DNA from: Candidatus Babeliales bacterium
GTDB lineage: Bacteria > Babelota > Babeliae > Babelales > Vermiphilaceae
Reading direction: 5' to 3'
NCBI GenBank assembly: GCA_963743635.1
Contig: CAVUQO010000002.1
Span: forward strand, 530,568 to 594,567
Length of the DNA stretch: 64,000 bases
In this document: one piece after another, positions 39,708-49,761 of the stretch
Layout of the letters: the number at the start of each line of letters is the position of its first letter
Numbering within the stretch: position 1 is the first letter of the stretch
Program-made: the position numbers and the translations under genes
Notes under the pieces: model-generated
Told to the model about the DNA's origin: nothing
The model's input: the letters and a program-made list of their open reading frames with translations, nothing else
The model's database searches: none

Positions 39708-40631
39708 ATGAATATCAGTTTGTATAGAAAAACATCATTTCTTGCACTTTCCATTCTTTTTTCAATCTCAGCGACGATCGATGCGCGACGCAGTACGCAA
39801 TTTGCCGATATTTTTATACCATTTCCGGCTGCCATGGAAGGTCATCCTTACGTGAATGCCGTCGAGGCATGTGATGCAAAAAACGAATGGCAATTGATTA
39901 AACGATTGTATACGCAATATTTAGTTACCGATCTTGATTGGGTTGATGAACCGCGCATTCCGAAAGTTATTCACCATATTTGGTTAGGCAGCCCGTTACC
40001 GGAAAAATGCAGAGTATTGCGTGAAACGTGGATGAAAAACCATCCTGACTGGCAGATGATTTTATGGACTGATAAAGAGATCGAGCAACTTGGTCTTGAA
40101 AATAAAGCATTGTATGATGCATCAACCAACTGGGGCGAAAAATCTGACATTGCGCGCTATGAAATTATCTATCGCTACGGCGGTTTGTACGTTGATACCG
40201 ATTTTGAAAGTATTAAGCCGATGGATGTGTTGCATCATACGCTCGATTTCTATACCGGCATTTATACAAGCCATTCGCGCGGCAGTTCACCATCACTCGT
40301 AATGGGCATGGGGTTAATCGGCGCACGTCCAGGACATCCGGTTATGAGAGCGCTCATTGACGGCCTCAAAAATACTCCAGTAGGAGGCGCGCATAATTCG
40401 TCTGCTATTCTTGCACGCACTGGCCCCTATTTCTTTACCCGAGTGGTACTCGAAAATGCGGGTAAAAACAATTTGCGCGACGTAATATTCCCGCCGCAGT
40501 TTGTCTATCCAACGCCTATTTCAGGGCGCGGCCAATCGCTGCAAGATCAACACAAAAATTTCATCAAGCATTCAACGTTTGCCAATCACATGTGGCACAT
40601 GTCTTGGATTAATCATTCAAAAAAAAAGTAA
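39708..40631 (+). CDS. Exported glycosyltransferase, GT32/Och1-like DXD family
   Basis: IPKVIHHIWLG, KSDIARYEIIYRYGGLYVDTDF, TGPYFFT, FANHMWHMSW. Confidence 0.88.
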   Translation: MNISLYRKTSFLALSILFSISATIDARRSTQFADIFIPFPAAMEGHPYVNAVEACDAKNEWQLIKRLYTQYLVTDLDWVDEPRIPKVIHHIWLGSPLPEKCRVLRETWMKNHPDWQMILWTDKEIEQLGLENKALYDASTNWGEKSDIARYEIIYRYGGLYVDTDFESIKPMDVLHHTLDFYTGIYTSHSRGSSPSLVMGMGLIGARPGHPVMRALIDGLKNTPVGGAHNSSAILARTGPYFFTRVVLENAGKNNLRDVIFPPQFVYPTPISGRGQSLQDQHKNFIKHSTFANHMWHMSWINHSKKK

Positions 40632-40807
40632 AGCGTAGACGATAGGCGACCAAATGAGGTCAAATAGACGCGAAAAATAAGCACTATCGTGCGTTAATAT
40701 GATGAGGGTTACCGAGCAAAAACGCGGTAACCCTCAAATTTTTTGTAATCAAGAAAAAGTAATTGAAATACTCTGTTTTAGACCATTTATGCAGTGAAAT
40801 AGAGGAG

Positions 40808-40881
40808 TGCGCCTGGTAGGACTTGAACCTACAACCAACGGATTCGAAGTCCGGTACTCTATCCAATTGAGCTACAGGCGC
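40808..40881 (-). tRNA. tRNA-Arg(TCG)
   Basis: GCGCCTGTAGCTCAATTGGATAGAGTACCGGACTTCGAATCCGTTGGTTGTAGGTTCAAGTCCTACCAGGCGCA; CCA not encoded. Confidence 0.93.
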
Positions 40882-40977
40882 GGATTGATACTCTTATTTG
40901 TACCATAAAAGGAGTAATTTTGCGAGAAAAAACATGTAAAAATTTTGTTTTTTAGCTATTCTTATGAAAATATTGAT

Positions 40978-41051
40978 GCGCCCGTAGCTCAGGTGGATAG
41001 AGCGGTAGATTCCTAATCTGCAGGCCACAGGTTCGAGTCCTGTCGGGCGCA
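40978..41051 (+). tRNA. tRNA-Arg(CCT)
   Basis: GCGCCCGTAGCTCAGGTGGATAGAGCGGTAGATTCCTAATCTGCAGGCCACAGGTTCGAGTCCTGTCGGGCGCA. Confidence 0.93.
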
Positions 41052-41444
41052 AACTGAATTTGAAAGCAGTATTCATCAGGACGAGAAGTTTATCCTGAGG
41101 GCTCCTGAGCGAAGCCAAGGGAGCATCGAAGGGAGTCCTGTCGGGCGCAAACTGAATTTGAAAGCAGTATTCATCAGGACGAGAAGTTTATCCTGAGGGC
41201 TCCTGAGCGAAGCCAAGGGAGCATCGAAGGGAGTCCTGTCGGGCGCAAACTGAATTTGAAAGCAGCATTCATCAGGACGAGAAGTTTATCCTGAGGGCTC
41301 CTGAGCGAAGCCAAGGGAGCATCGAAGGGAGTCCTGTCGGGCGCAAACTGAATTTGAAAGCAGTATTCATCAGGACGAGAAGTTTATCCTGAGGACTCCT
41401 GAGCGAAGCCAAGGGAGCATCGAAGGGAGTCCTGTCGGGCGCAA
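41035..41444 (+). repeat. Four 98-bp tandem units, each beginning with the tRNA-Arg(CCT) 3' end
   Basis: gagtcctgtcgggcgcaa at 41035, 41133, 41231, 41329 and 41427; units are identical except for single substitutions in units 3 and 4. Confidence 0.97.
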
Positions 41445-41709
41445 TTCATTTCACTTCATTGTAAAAAAAGTGACTTTAGCACAGACGTAAAAACGCCCGC
41501 AGTTATATATGAATAACTGCGGGCAAATCTTTTTGATATCAGTTTTTACGTGACGTTACTTTTTACTGATTTTGCTCAGTGATCTATTTTTTGACCAACA
41601 TTAGCGGTAATTGCCACATAATTGGTTGTTGTAAAGATTGAAAAAAAGTTTAGGATTGGCTGTCGTAATGTAATTTCATTATGACATGTATCATAGCTAG
41701 GGGACATCC

Positions 41710-42009
41710 ATGAAAGTTATTTGCAATAAATGCGGTCGCATAATGCAGCAAGGCGAGGTTATGACGCATGCAGGAATATATTTGGCAAGCCTCATGTCAT
41801 CCGTCTTCAAGGATATCTTAGTTAAGGCGGTAGTAACACATTTGGGATTAACCAAAAAATCCTGTTTTGATGATTCATTGGCAGCCATTGCAAACAGTAT
41901 TGCAATAGAATGCTCAGACTGCAAAAATGTGGCCTGTTGGAATCCATGTCCCGATGCAGTAGAAGTGACTTTGGAATCAACTGCGCAAGAAGATGTCGTT
42001 ATCAAATAA
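41710..42009 (+). CDS. Small putative zinc-binding protein
   Basis: CNKC near the N-terminus and CSDC...CW near the C-terminus. Confidence 0.7.
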   Translation: MKVICNKCGRIMQQGEVMTHAGIYLASLMSSVFKDILVKAVVTHLGLTKKSCFDDSLAAIANSIAIECSDCKNVACWNPCPDAVEVTLESTAQEDVVIK

Positions 42010-42041
42010 TTAAACCGTATAGAAAAGAAGGAGAATCTTTC

Positions 42042-42515
42042 GTGAAGGCATCAAAAAAATCATTGGTATTAGCGTGTCTGCTATCAACAACAGGCATGTC
42101 GGCGACTCAACACAATCGTTCAGTTGAAGTAATTCAACGTGCCTATTCGTTAGATCCAGCAGCAGCTCGATTGCAAGAAGTTCTAGAGACTATCCTTACC
42201 ACGGTAAAAATAGCTATAAGTTTTGAAGCAAAATACGCCTGCAAAGCGCAAGTACGTTGCACCACATGTCAGCAAGAAGCGGTGTATAAACTCGTTCTTG
42301 ATAACATTGCGCTCGAAGCCCTTGACGACATGGCTGTGAATCAAAACAAAATAAATGCAGCAAAAAGTTTAATGGTGCAAGCATTAGACATTTTCTCCCA
42401 TAGAGAGCTTGATGAGATACTCGAATTTATGGCGCGCGCTGCAAATGAGCTTGAAATGCCGTGCAGAGAACCTAATTGCCCCGGAAGGCACTGGGAAATT
42501 GTCCGCGCTAACTAA
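42042..42515 (+). CDS. Secreted putative zinc-binding protein
   Basis: GTG start after an aaggag RBS; signal-like N-terminus; CTTC and CREPNC...W. Confidence 0.65.
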   Translation: MKASKKSLVLACLLSTTGMSATQHNRSVEVIQRAYSLDPAAARLQEVLETILTTVKIAISFEAKYACKAQVRCTTCQQEAVYKLVLDNIALEALDDMAVNQNKINAAKSLMVQALDIFSHRELDEILEFMARAANELEMPCREPNCPGRHWEIVRAN

Positions 42516-42616
42516 GTGTTAGACGATAATTAAAGATATAAAAAGAATGCCCGCAGTAATTCAGAAATATGAATTACTGCGGGCATTCTTTTTATATCAG
42601 TTTTTTTTACGTGGCG

Positions 42617-42904
42617 TTACTTCTGCGATGGTCTTGGAGCACTTGGACCACTTTTAGATCCAACGGGTGCATTTATTTTATTTTGCAGCTCCATTACGCG
42701 TTTATTCACGTCGCCTACTTCTCTTCTGCGTGCTTCGTACCGTGCTCTTCGTTCTTCGTCTTCTTGCGCTGCTTTTTTACTCTGTTCTAAGGCGAGTTCC
42801 ATTTGTTCTTCTTCAGTCAATTGTGCTTGTTTTCCTTTGCCTTTGCGTATCATGCGACGTTCTTGCTCTTTTGCTTGCTCAGCTTCTTCAACAGGGCTTG
42901 GCAT
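42617..42904 (-). CDS. Charged coiled-coil protein with a UIM; no signal peptide, possibly a 5'-truncated remnant
   Basis: LTEEEQMELALEQSKK fits the UIM consensus; followed by a terminator hairpin at about 42541-42593. Confidence 0.55.
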   Translation of the reverse strand: MPSPVEEAEQAKEQERRMIRKGKGKQAQLTEEEQMELALEQSKKAAQEDEERRARYEARRREVGDVNKRVMELQNKINAPVGSKSGPSAPRPSQK

Positions 42905-43038
42905 GTAAAAAAGACACGTTATTATTGCAACCTCAGTATCTAAGGGAGTGCTGGCGGTGCAATTCCATAAATCAATGCATACGCAATAAAAAAGCCCTGA
43001 TGTGAGAAAACATCAGGGCTTTGGGTTTTTTAAGTTTG

Positions 43039-44115
43039 TTATTTTTGAACTATTCTATCGAGAAATGCGCGCACGGATTGTTGGTACCCAGTACTTTGTC
43101 CAAGATGTCCATGTCCGAGTGAGAGATTAGTATCTTCAAAACTTTCAACTTCTTTATGCGCATTTTGTAATGCTTGAACAATAGCTGCCGTATCGCGAGG
43201 ATTTGCAGCTTTGTCGCCGCACAAGTAGCCAATATGCAGTTTTATGTGATCAGGAATATCTGCTGTTTTATCAAGAATAGTTGGTTCATTCCATTTACAA
43301 TTGTGGAATGCGCCCTTGAAAATAAGTGGAATAGTCCATCGTAAGCCGCTTGGAACATGATTGTTAGCGACGTTCTCAGCAAATGGAGCAAGAGAACTTG
43401 ATGGTGATTCTAGAAAAACTGCTTTAACGGGTTTTAACTTATCATCGTTCTTATATTGTGGATTAATCAGATAGTTAAGAACTCCGGTGGCGCCTTTGCA
43501 ATCTCCTGAAAGGATGATTGATGCCTTAGGATTATTCTCTTTAACCCGATTATACACAAAGTCTAAACATTTTTGATCGAACGCTCCACCAAAACTGAAC
43601 GTTGAAGGATAATTGACTGGTCCTTCAAAACATACAACAGGTGTATTATCCGGGATTATGTTGTTCTTTAAGAGATTGATAGCTTCTTTTCCTGCCCATG
43701 CAAATTTAATGGGAGCGCTTCCCAAATAACCATCATACCCTGGACTGTGTACTACTATTGCGCTGGTATTACTTGGTATTTCGCAAGAAAGTTGGTATTG
43801 TTTTTCTCCTATCGCAACATATTTTTGATCAAGTTCCTGGCGCCGCCCTTCTTTTATGGCTCGACATACGTCGAGAGGTTGCAGCTCTTCACGAGCAGCA
43901 TCTTTTTCTACTGGTGTTATCGTGAAGACGTTCAGGTTATCAAGATTGGGTTGGAATGTTTCGCCGAAAGTAACAGCAGAACGATAGGTTGCCATGACGT
44001 TCGCTGCTATGTGGGGTGCGATTGCAGCGACTGCGAGCGCAGGTCCTTCGCATGCATGTATTGCATGACTTACGAATAGGACTGATAATAGAGACGTTTT
44101 TAACCAATTTTTCAT
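43039..44115 (-). CDS. Secreted alpha/beta-hydrolase-fold protein with a Cys nucleophile elbow
   Basis: VHSPGY, ILSGDCKGATG, AVFLESP, GDKA, GHGH. Confidence 0.7.
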   Translation of the reverse strand: MKNWLKTSLLSVLFVSHAIHACEGPALAVAAIAPHIAANVMATYRSAVTFGETFQPNLDNLNVFTITPVEKDAAREELQPLDVCRAIKEGRRQELDQKYVAIGEKQYQLSCEIPSNTSAIVVHSPGYDGYLGSAPIKFAWAGKEAINLLKNNIIPDNTPVVCFEGPVNYPSTFSFGGAFDQKCLDFVYNRVKENNPKASIILSGDCKGATGVLNYLINPQYKNDDKLKPVKAVFLESPSSSLAPFAENVANNHVPSGLRWTIPLIFKGAFHNCKWNEPTILDKTADIPDHIKLHIGYLCGDKAANPRDTAAIVQALQNAHKEVESFEDTNLSLGHGHLGQSTGYQQSVRAFLDRIVQK

Positions 44116-44285
44116 TATATAAACCCTCATTTTTGCAATAAACATATGAATTATTTATGATATATACTCTATTGTACAACTTTTTTTAAAAATTGTACAG
44201 GCCATGACTCGCTGCTTTTTGCCATTCAGGCGATTGCCGGGTATCTTAGAAGTATCATAAAATTAGGCTAATAACAGGATATACC

Positions 44286-45476
44286 ATGCAAAAAAGACAC
44301 ATTATTATTGGAAGCTCGGCAGCGGGGTTGAGTGCTGCAAAACGATTGGCGATTCTTGCGCCCAAGGATGAAATTATATGTATTTCGGATGAGCCGGTTT
44401 TGCCCTATAATAAGTGTCATCTTGCTTCCTACTTAGCAGGAGAAAAACAGGAAATTGAGGTTCTGACGTTGCAGCCAGAAGAGTTGGAAAATAAAGGAAT
44501 TACCTTCAATCTTGGGGTGCGCGTATTAAATATTGATACGGATGCGCAGGAAGTTACCTGCGATGATGGCAGTGTGTTGCACTATGATACGCTCTTTATT
44601 GGCACCGGAAGCTCTCCTAAGATGCCTCCCATTTTAAATATTCGTGATTGCAAAGGTGTGCTTACCTTTCATTCGCTCGAAGATGCGCAGCGATTATTGC
44701 ACCTGAAGGCAGAGAAAAAATTGCATACCGCGATCATTATTGGTGCAGGCCTCAGTGGACTTGAATGCGCTGATGCATTACGATCTCACGGCGTCGAAGT
44801 GCATGTAATTGAATTGCGCGATCGAGTATTGAGCCAACAAGTGAATGCTGCGGGGGCTGCACTCATACAGACCAATATGGAGAAAGTTGGTATCCATTTT
44901 TACCCCAATCAGCAGGTAACGCAGATTCTGGATATTGATGGTTTTGTTTCGGGCGTATTGCTGGCCGACGGCCGATCTCTGACTGCAGATACAGTGATTG
45001 TTACGACCGGGCTTAAACCCAACACCGAACTGCTTGATAATACCTCCATAGAACGCCTCCAAGGGCATATTATGGTTAATGAGTATATGCAGACTAATCT
45101 GTCGGGCGTATATGCTGGCGGGGATGCTTGCATGGTTATTGATCAAATTACCGGAGAGCGTGTGCCGAGTCGGGCTTGGTCCGACGCCATGCTCCAGGGG
45201 CTGACAGCCGCCTTCAATATGGTTGGGCAGAGAAAAATCTATCCTGGGACTGCTGTGGTTACCAGTTCAGCTTTCTTCAGCCTTAAATTTGCCACTTGCG
45301 GTGATGTGGTTGATATAGCCTCAAATAGTCAGGTACAGGAGGTCTCCACCTCCGATTCTTACCAGCTTTTTGTTACCAAAAATGGCATTTTGCGTGGTTT
45401 TCTCCTGGTTGGGGATACCAGTAAACTCAATCAATGCCGGCGCGCCGTGCTGACGAAAGAGCCGTTTTTAGGTTAA
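44286..45476 (+). CDS. FAD/NAD(P)-dependent oxidoreductase (NirB/rubredoxin reductase-like)
   Basis: IIGSSAAGLSAA, IGTGSSP, IIGAGLSGLE, VYAGGD. Confidence 0.88.
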   Translation: MQKRHIIIGSSAAGLSAAKRLAILAPKDEIICISDEPVLPYNKCHLASYLAGEKQEIEVLTLQPEELENKGITFNLGVRVLNIDTDAQEVTCDDGSVLHYDTLFIGTGSSPKMPPILNIRDCKGVLTFHSLEDAQRLLHLKAEKKLHTAIIIGAGLSGLECADALRSHGVEVHVIELRDRVLSQQVNAAGAALIQTNMEKVGIHFYPNQQVTQILDIDGFVSGVLLADGRSLTADTVIVTTGLKPNTELLDNTSIERLQGHIMVNEYMQTNLSGVYAGGDACMVIDQITGERVPSRAWSDAMLQGLTAAFNMVGQRKIYPGTAVVTSSAFFSLKFATCGDVVDIASNSQVQEVSTSDSYQLFVTKNGILRGFLLVGDTSKLNQCRRAVLTKEPFLG

Positions 45477-45613
45477 ATATGCGCAATACGCCCATTTGAT
45501 GAGGGCTTTTGCGGCACCTACTCCTATTTGTTATCCTATTAATAACTGAAGTAATTAAGAAGCCTTATCAGAGGCATACAGTTTAGGATCTTATAAATTA
45601 GTAGGAGGTTACT

Positions 45614-46699
45614 ATGAATAAGGCATTACATACAATCGTATTATCATTATTGGGCCTTACGGTCACGACTTCCCATGCCTTTGATGGCATAGTAGATTTA
45701 CAGGATTTTTTGCATGGCCAACCAGTAAAACAAATAGCGGCAAAAGTTACTCGTCCTATTATCCAGATGCCAAGGTTTTCACTACCTTCTATTGAAGCGG
45801 TGAAAAACGCTGCATGGACAGGCGCTTCAAGCGCAGCTAAAGCACTCTATTCAAAATGGGGCGCAGGAGTGGGCGTGGGCGTATCGTTAGCCGCTTATTA
45901 TTGGTTTGTTGAACGACATCGCGTTGCCATCAAAGCAATTAAAGACGAATTTAAACAACAAAATAGTATGGTATTAAGGCCTGCACAGGCAGCTCAACCG
46001 GTAAATCAACCTGTTCTAAACAATAGAGCAATTATCGAAATTTATAACTGGAGAAATCCTGAATGTTTAGATGCTGCAGCTCGAACACAAGCAGAAAATG
46101 CTGGTAATTATCCAACGCCTGGTAGCGTAGGAAGGGCAGAAAGACAGTGCATTACTCATCTTATTGCAGATGCCATGAATGGTCAGTTGGTTGGTTTTAA
46201 CCCTGATGTATATGGTGTAGCTAATAATGGAGATCTTCATCGACAAGCTGCTATCGATATATTAGCGATGATTGATCGTGAAATTAATCGATTAGATGAT
46301 GCACGTACGCGATTAAAGCCGCATATTTATTGTGCTGGATATCACTTAAAGTTTTGGACCAATCATAATAGTTTCGTTATTGATTATGCCAAAGAATTGG
46401 AATCTATTTGTAGAACGCAGAGCGCAAACGTGAATAATCCTGCGACTTGGACGATAGCTCAATATGATGCGATAGACGCACATATGAAACAGCGTGCGGG
46501 TGACAAATATATTAAATTCTTACGAGGTTATACCGCATACGCTCAAGCAGCGCGACTTGATTGGGATCTCTTTAAAAAATGGGCGCGACTTATCGCAATC
46601 AGACAAGCATTCGTGAAAGATACACGCGTGTTGCATGTGCTGCCTATCCCACCGCAATTGGGACACGTTGGGTTGCACATTTTTAATCACCAACAATAA
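45614..46699 (+). CDS. Secreted/membrane hypothetical protein
   Basis: RBS aggagg; signal peptide ending TSHA; one internal TM segment. Confidence 0.75.
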   Translation: MNKALHTIVLSLLGLTVTTSHAFDGIVDLQDFLHGQPVKQIAAKVTRPIIQMPRFSLPSIEAVKNAAWTGASSAAKALYSKWGAGVGVGVSLAAYYWFVERHRVAIKAIKDEFKQQNSMVLRPAQAAQPVNQPVLNNRAIIEIYNWRNPECLDAAARTQAENAGNYPTPGSVGRAERQCITHLIADAMNGQLVGFNPDVYGVANNGDLHRQAAIDILAMIDREINRLDDARTRLKPHIYCAGYHLKFWTNHNSFVIDYAKELESICRTQSANVNNPATWTIAQYDAIDAHMKQRAGDKYIKFLRGYTAYAQAARLDWDLFKKWARLIAIRQAFVKDTRVLHVLPIPPQLGHVGLHIFNHQQ

Positions 46700-46749
46700 C
46701 TTTTGAGTTACTATTCAGGGGGCCTTCTTACGAGGGCCCTCAATTATTT

Positions 46750-47946
46750 TTACGCGAGTTTAAACAGCTTTATCTGTATCGTGCTCACGATATTTCCATA
46801 CTTATCAAATCGTTCGATTGGTTGATTGTTCTCATAGGCAGCGATCAGATCGTCATACCTAGTGATGCCTTTAAATTCTTCTGAAAGCGGTATTTCGTGT
46901 ACTTTTCCATAGCCGTGTTCATAACCACGCGCTTCAATCAGCGTGTTTTTTTCAAGATCGGCCACGAGCATGACGTGCCCACGAATCCAAATGATATCTC
47001 CTATTTCCAATGGTTCTTTCTGAGTAACCGGCCGCAGCGTCGTTTCAACGGTGTAGGAATTCTTGCAAAAATACGGAATGCCAACTGATTGTGCGGCGAG
47101 CAGAATGAGGCCAGAGCAATCGATTCCTGTTTTAGGACTTTCGGATTTTCCAGGCCATTCGTAATAGGTGATAGATTCGCCGTTGGTACATTCAAGAATC
47201 TTTGTTTGCGCCTGCGGATAGTTTATTTTTTTGCTGATACTACACCCTCCCCATGCATAGGGAATAAAACCATGTTTGTTTGCAGACCAAGATCGCACCA
47301 AAGAAATCATCTGTGCGCGACGTTCTTTCAAGTTTGTTGACGAAGGTTGTACGCATAGATCGCGGGGACATGGTGAGATACCATATTGTTTTTTTGATGG
47401 ATCGAATACATAGATATGATGCCGCTTTTTATCCGAGTCTGAAGCTGCAAAGCGAGTTCCCGCAGAAAATAGAGTGTCTGTTTTAGCGTCATGCCATGGT
47501 TGCGCTAACGTTATTGCCTCGGTTATGGCTTCATTGATTTTTATAGGCTTTGGGATGCATACGTGATGCGGTGTTTCGGCAGGAAGATCATCGAGTGCAA
47601 TCAGATCTTTTTTTCGCATCCAATAGCTTTGCTGAGGTATAGTGCTATTCTGACGGAGATAAAAAAAGGAAGATATCTGCACTTTTACTTCGTCATTCAG
47701 TGCTCCAACAACGTTGACGATATCATTTGCCCGAAGTTGATGTCCTCGGGGACACATATTGGGCATTTCGTAATGGATGGGCATGAAAGCGTAAGAATAA
47801 CCATTTTTGTACTGTTCTTTGAGAATACTCATAGGCTGGTGCAGCAGATCGGCAACCGGACTGGTGACGACGGCAAGATATGATTGGAGCGAGAACGATA
47901 TGGTAAATAGAGCGGCCAAAGCGGACCCCCGAAATAAAATTTTCAC
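46750..47946 (-). CDS. NlpC/P60 family cysteine peptidase
   Basis: PYAWGG...GIDCSGL...GDIIWIRGHV. Confidence 0.85.
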   Translation of the reverse strand: MKILFRGSALAALFTISFSLQSYLAVVTSPVADLLHQPMSILKEQYKNGYSYAFMPIHYEMPNMCPRGHQLRANDIVNVVGALNDEVKVQISSFFYLRQNSTIPQQSYWMRKKDLIALDDLPAETPHHVCIPKPIKINEAITEAITLAQPWHDAKTDTLFSAGTRFAASDSDKKRHHIYVFDPSKKQYGISPCPRDLCVQPSSTNLKERRAQMISLVRSWSANKHGFIPYAWGGCSISKKINYPQAQTKILECTNGESITYYEWPGKSESPKTGIDCSGLILLAAQSVGIPYFCKNSYTVETTLRPVTQKEPLEIGDIIWIRGHVMLVADLEKNTLIEARGYEHGYGKVHEIPLSEEFKGITRYDDLIAAYENNQPIERFDKYGNIVSTIQIKLFKLA

Positions 47947-48127
47947 AAATTCCCCTTATTCTTATATAAATCTTTTATGTTTTAGTCTGCATAAATGCAT
48001 CAAAAGATGCAAGACTATTGCTAAAATAAATTATCACATTGAAATTATTGAATTCTTGACCAATATCATTTATCATAATAGAAAATAGACATCGAGAGTA
48101 AAAAAGAAGAGAGAGTAGGATCAAAAA

Positions 48128-49171
48128 ATGAAGAAATTAATATTACTTAGCTGTATCGTGGCCGCGAGTGCATCGCGATGCGAAGACCCTCGCGATGATT
48201 CATGGACCTGGTTGTATCAGAAAAAGTTCACCACACACGAACTGGAAGATGCTAAAAATAAGCAAGATTTAGTATTTTTAAAGCATGGGGTGCCACAATT
48301 TTCCCAATTGATGTTCTCGTGGAACGCTTTTAGGCCGTCAGAAGGTCATTTTACTTTTTATGTGCAAGTGCGCGATGCGAAGCGCAAAACATGGGGCGCT
48401 TGGCATAAAATGGCAGAGTGGGGCGCGCAGGTTCAGCGTTCTTTTGCCAGCACACCTGAGTGTACGACGAAATATCTTCATGTACGACTTGAAGCTAATC
48501 CCGGGCATTTATCAGATGCATTTCGATTGCGGGTGCAAGCATCGAATGGTGCGAGTTTAGAGCAGTTCCGTTCATTTGCAGTATCGCTTTCCAATTTCAA
48601 TAATTTTAAAGAATCATGTGTTGATAAAAATATATGTGCATTACCTTCTACCTACATTTCAAATGTACCGAAACAATCACAATTTAAAGTTCCGTATGAA
48701 CGTAATGATAGTATTTGTTCGCCAACATCGGTGGGCATGCTTGTGGGGTCATTAACGGAGCAAGATATTAATTATTGTGATATTGTACGCGGTTCATTTG
48801 ATGATGGTTTGAATATTCATGGAAGTTGGCCATTTAATACGGCCCATGCATTCGAGTGTTGTAACGGAGATGTTCATTTTTCAGTGGCGCGCCTTGCTTC
48901 ATTTATACAATTGCATGAACGGTTGAAAAAAGGGGTTCCAGTTGTAGTGAGTGTACGTGGATTTTTAGATGGAGCGCCAAAACAATACGACAAGGGACAT
49001 TTATTAGTGGTTGTTGGCTGGGATGCCAAACGAAAACAAGTTATTTGCCATGACCCTGCATTTCAATCGAATAGTAAAGTTCTGAAAAGATATTCAGTAG
49101 GAAGCTTTTTGCGCGCGTGGGACCGTTCGCATCGGCTTGCTTACTTAGCTGACCCGGTGAGGGCAATATAA
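48128..49171 (+). CDS. Peptidase C39-like family protein
   Basis: VPKQSQ, ICSPTSVGM, GSWPFNTA, GHLLVVVG, HDPA. Confidence 0.85.
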   Translation: MKKLILLSCIVAASASRCEDPRDDSWTWLYQKKFTTHELEDAKNKQDLVFLKHGVPQFSQLMFSWNAFRPSEGHFTFYVQVRDAKRKTWGAWHKMAEWGAQVQRSFASTPECTTKYLHVRLEANPGHLSDAFRLRVQASNGASLEQFRSFAVSLSNFNNFKESCVDKNICALPSTYISNVPKQSQFKVPYERNDSICSPTSVGMLVGSLTEQDINYCDIVRGSFDDGLNIHGSWPFNTAHAFECCNGDVHFSVARLASFIQLHERLKKGVPVVVSVRGFLDGAPKQYDKGHLLVVVGWDAKRKQVICHDPAFQSNSKVLKRYSVGSFLRAWDRSHRLAYLADPVRAI

Positions 49172-49204
49172 AGAATAAATAGAGGGTGGGAATATTTAGG
49201 GGGT

Positions 49205-49750
49205 ATGATGGGAAATAAAAAAAATTGGTACTGCATAGTACTCATGATAGGTGTTGGCTTTGTAAGTCTCGTTGCCTCAGGAAATCAGATGCGTAAGCCA
49301 TATGCTACATTACAGCGCGGTGAATATTGGTCCACACCTGATGATGCATCATTGCAGGTGGGGAAAGTGACACTCTATTTTTCAGAGCCTCCGATGGTAA
49401 ATCATTTGCCGCTCACCGTTAATACTAAACACAAAGATCATGTTTTCTTTATTCCCGCAGCGGATATTGCGAATGATCAACTTCATGCGATAGTGCAAGC
49501 AGCGAAAAAGAATAACAACAAATGGTATAGCGTTTCTCTATTGGTTGAAAATAAGCCAATGCACGGCATTAAGGTGGTCTTTAAGTATGATCCAGCAATG
49601 GTAGTTGTAGAGCATGCAACATTTGCTACGCCAGGTTCACAAGGAGTTTCTTTTAGACTCTATAATAAAGCAATGCTTGATGCATTGAAATTGCATGAAC
49701 GTTCATTGTTGCGAATTGCATATGTTTCATCGCATAGTTGTTTAGCGTAG
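49205..49750 (+). CDS. Exported hypothetical protein
   Basis: Hydrophobic N-terminus; co-oriented within the cluster. Confidence 0.7.
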   Translation: MMGNKKNWYCIVLMIGVGFVSLVASGNQMRKPYATLQRGEYWSTPDDASLQVGKVTLYFSEPPMVNHLPLTVNTKHKDHVFFIPAADIANDQLHAIVQAAKKNNNKWYSVSLLVENKPMHGIKVVFKYDPAMVVVEHATFATPGSQGVSFRLYNKAMLDALKLHERSLLRIAYVSSHSCLA

Positions 49751-49761
49751 GGGGGAGAACT

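Noticed and set aside
41035..41444. CRISPR array
   Set aside because: The units are near-identical along their whole length, with no unique spacers and no cas genes in the window.
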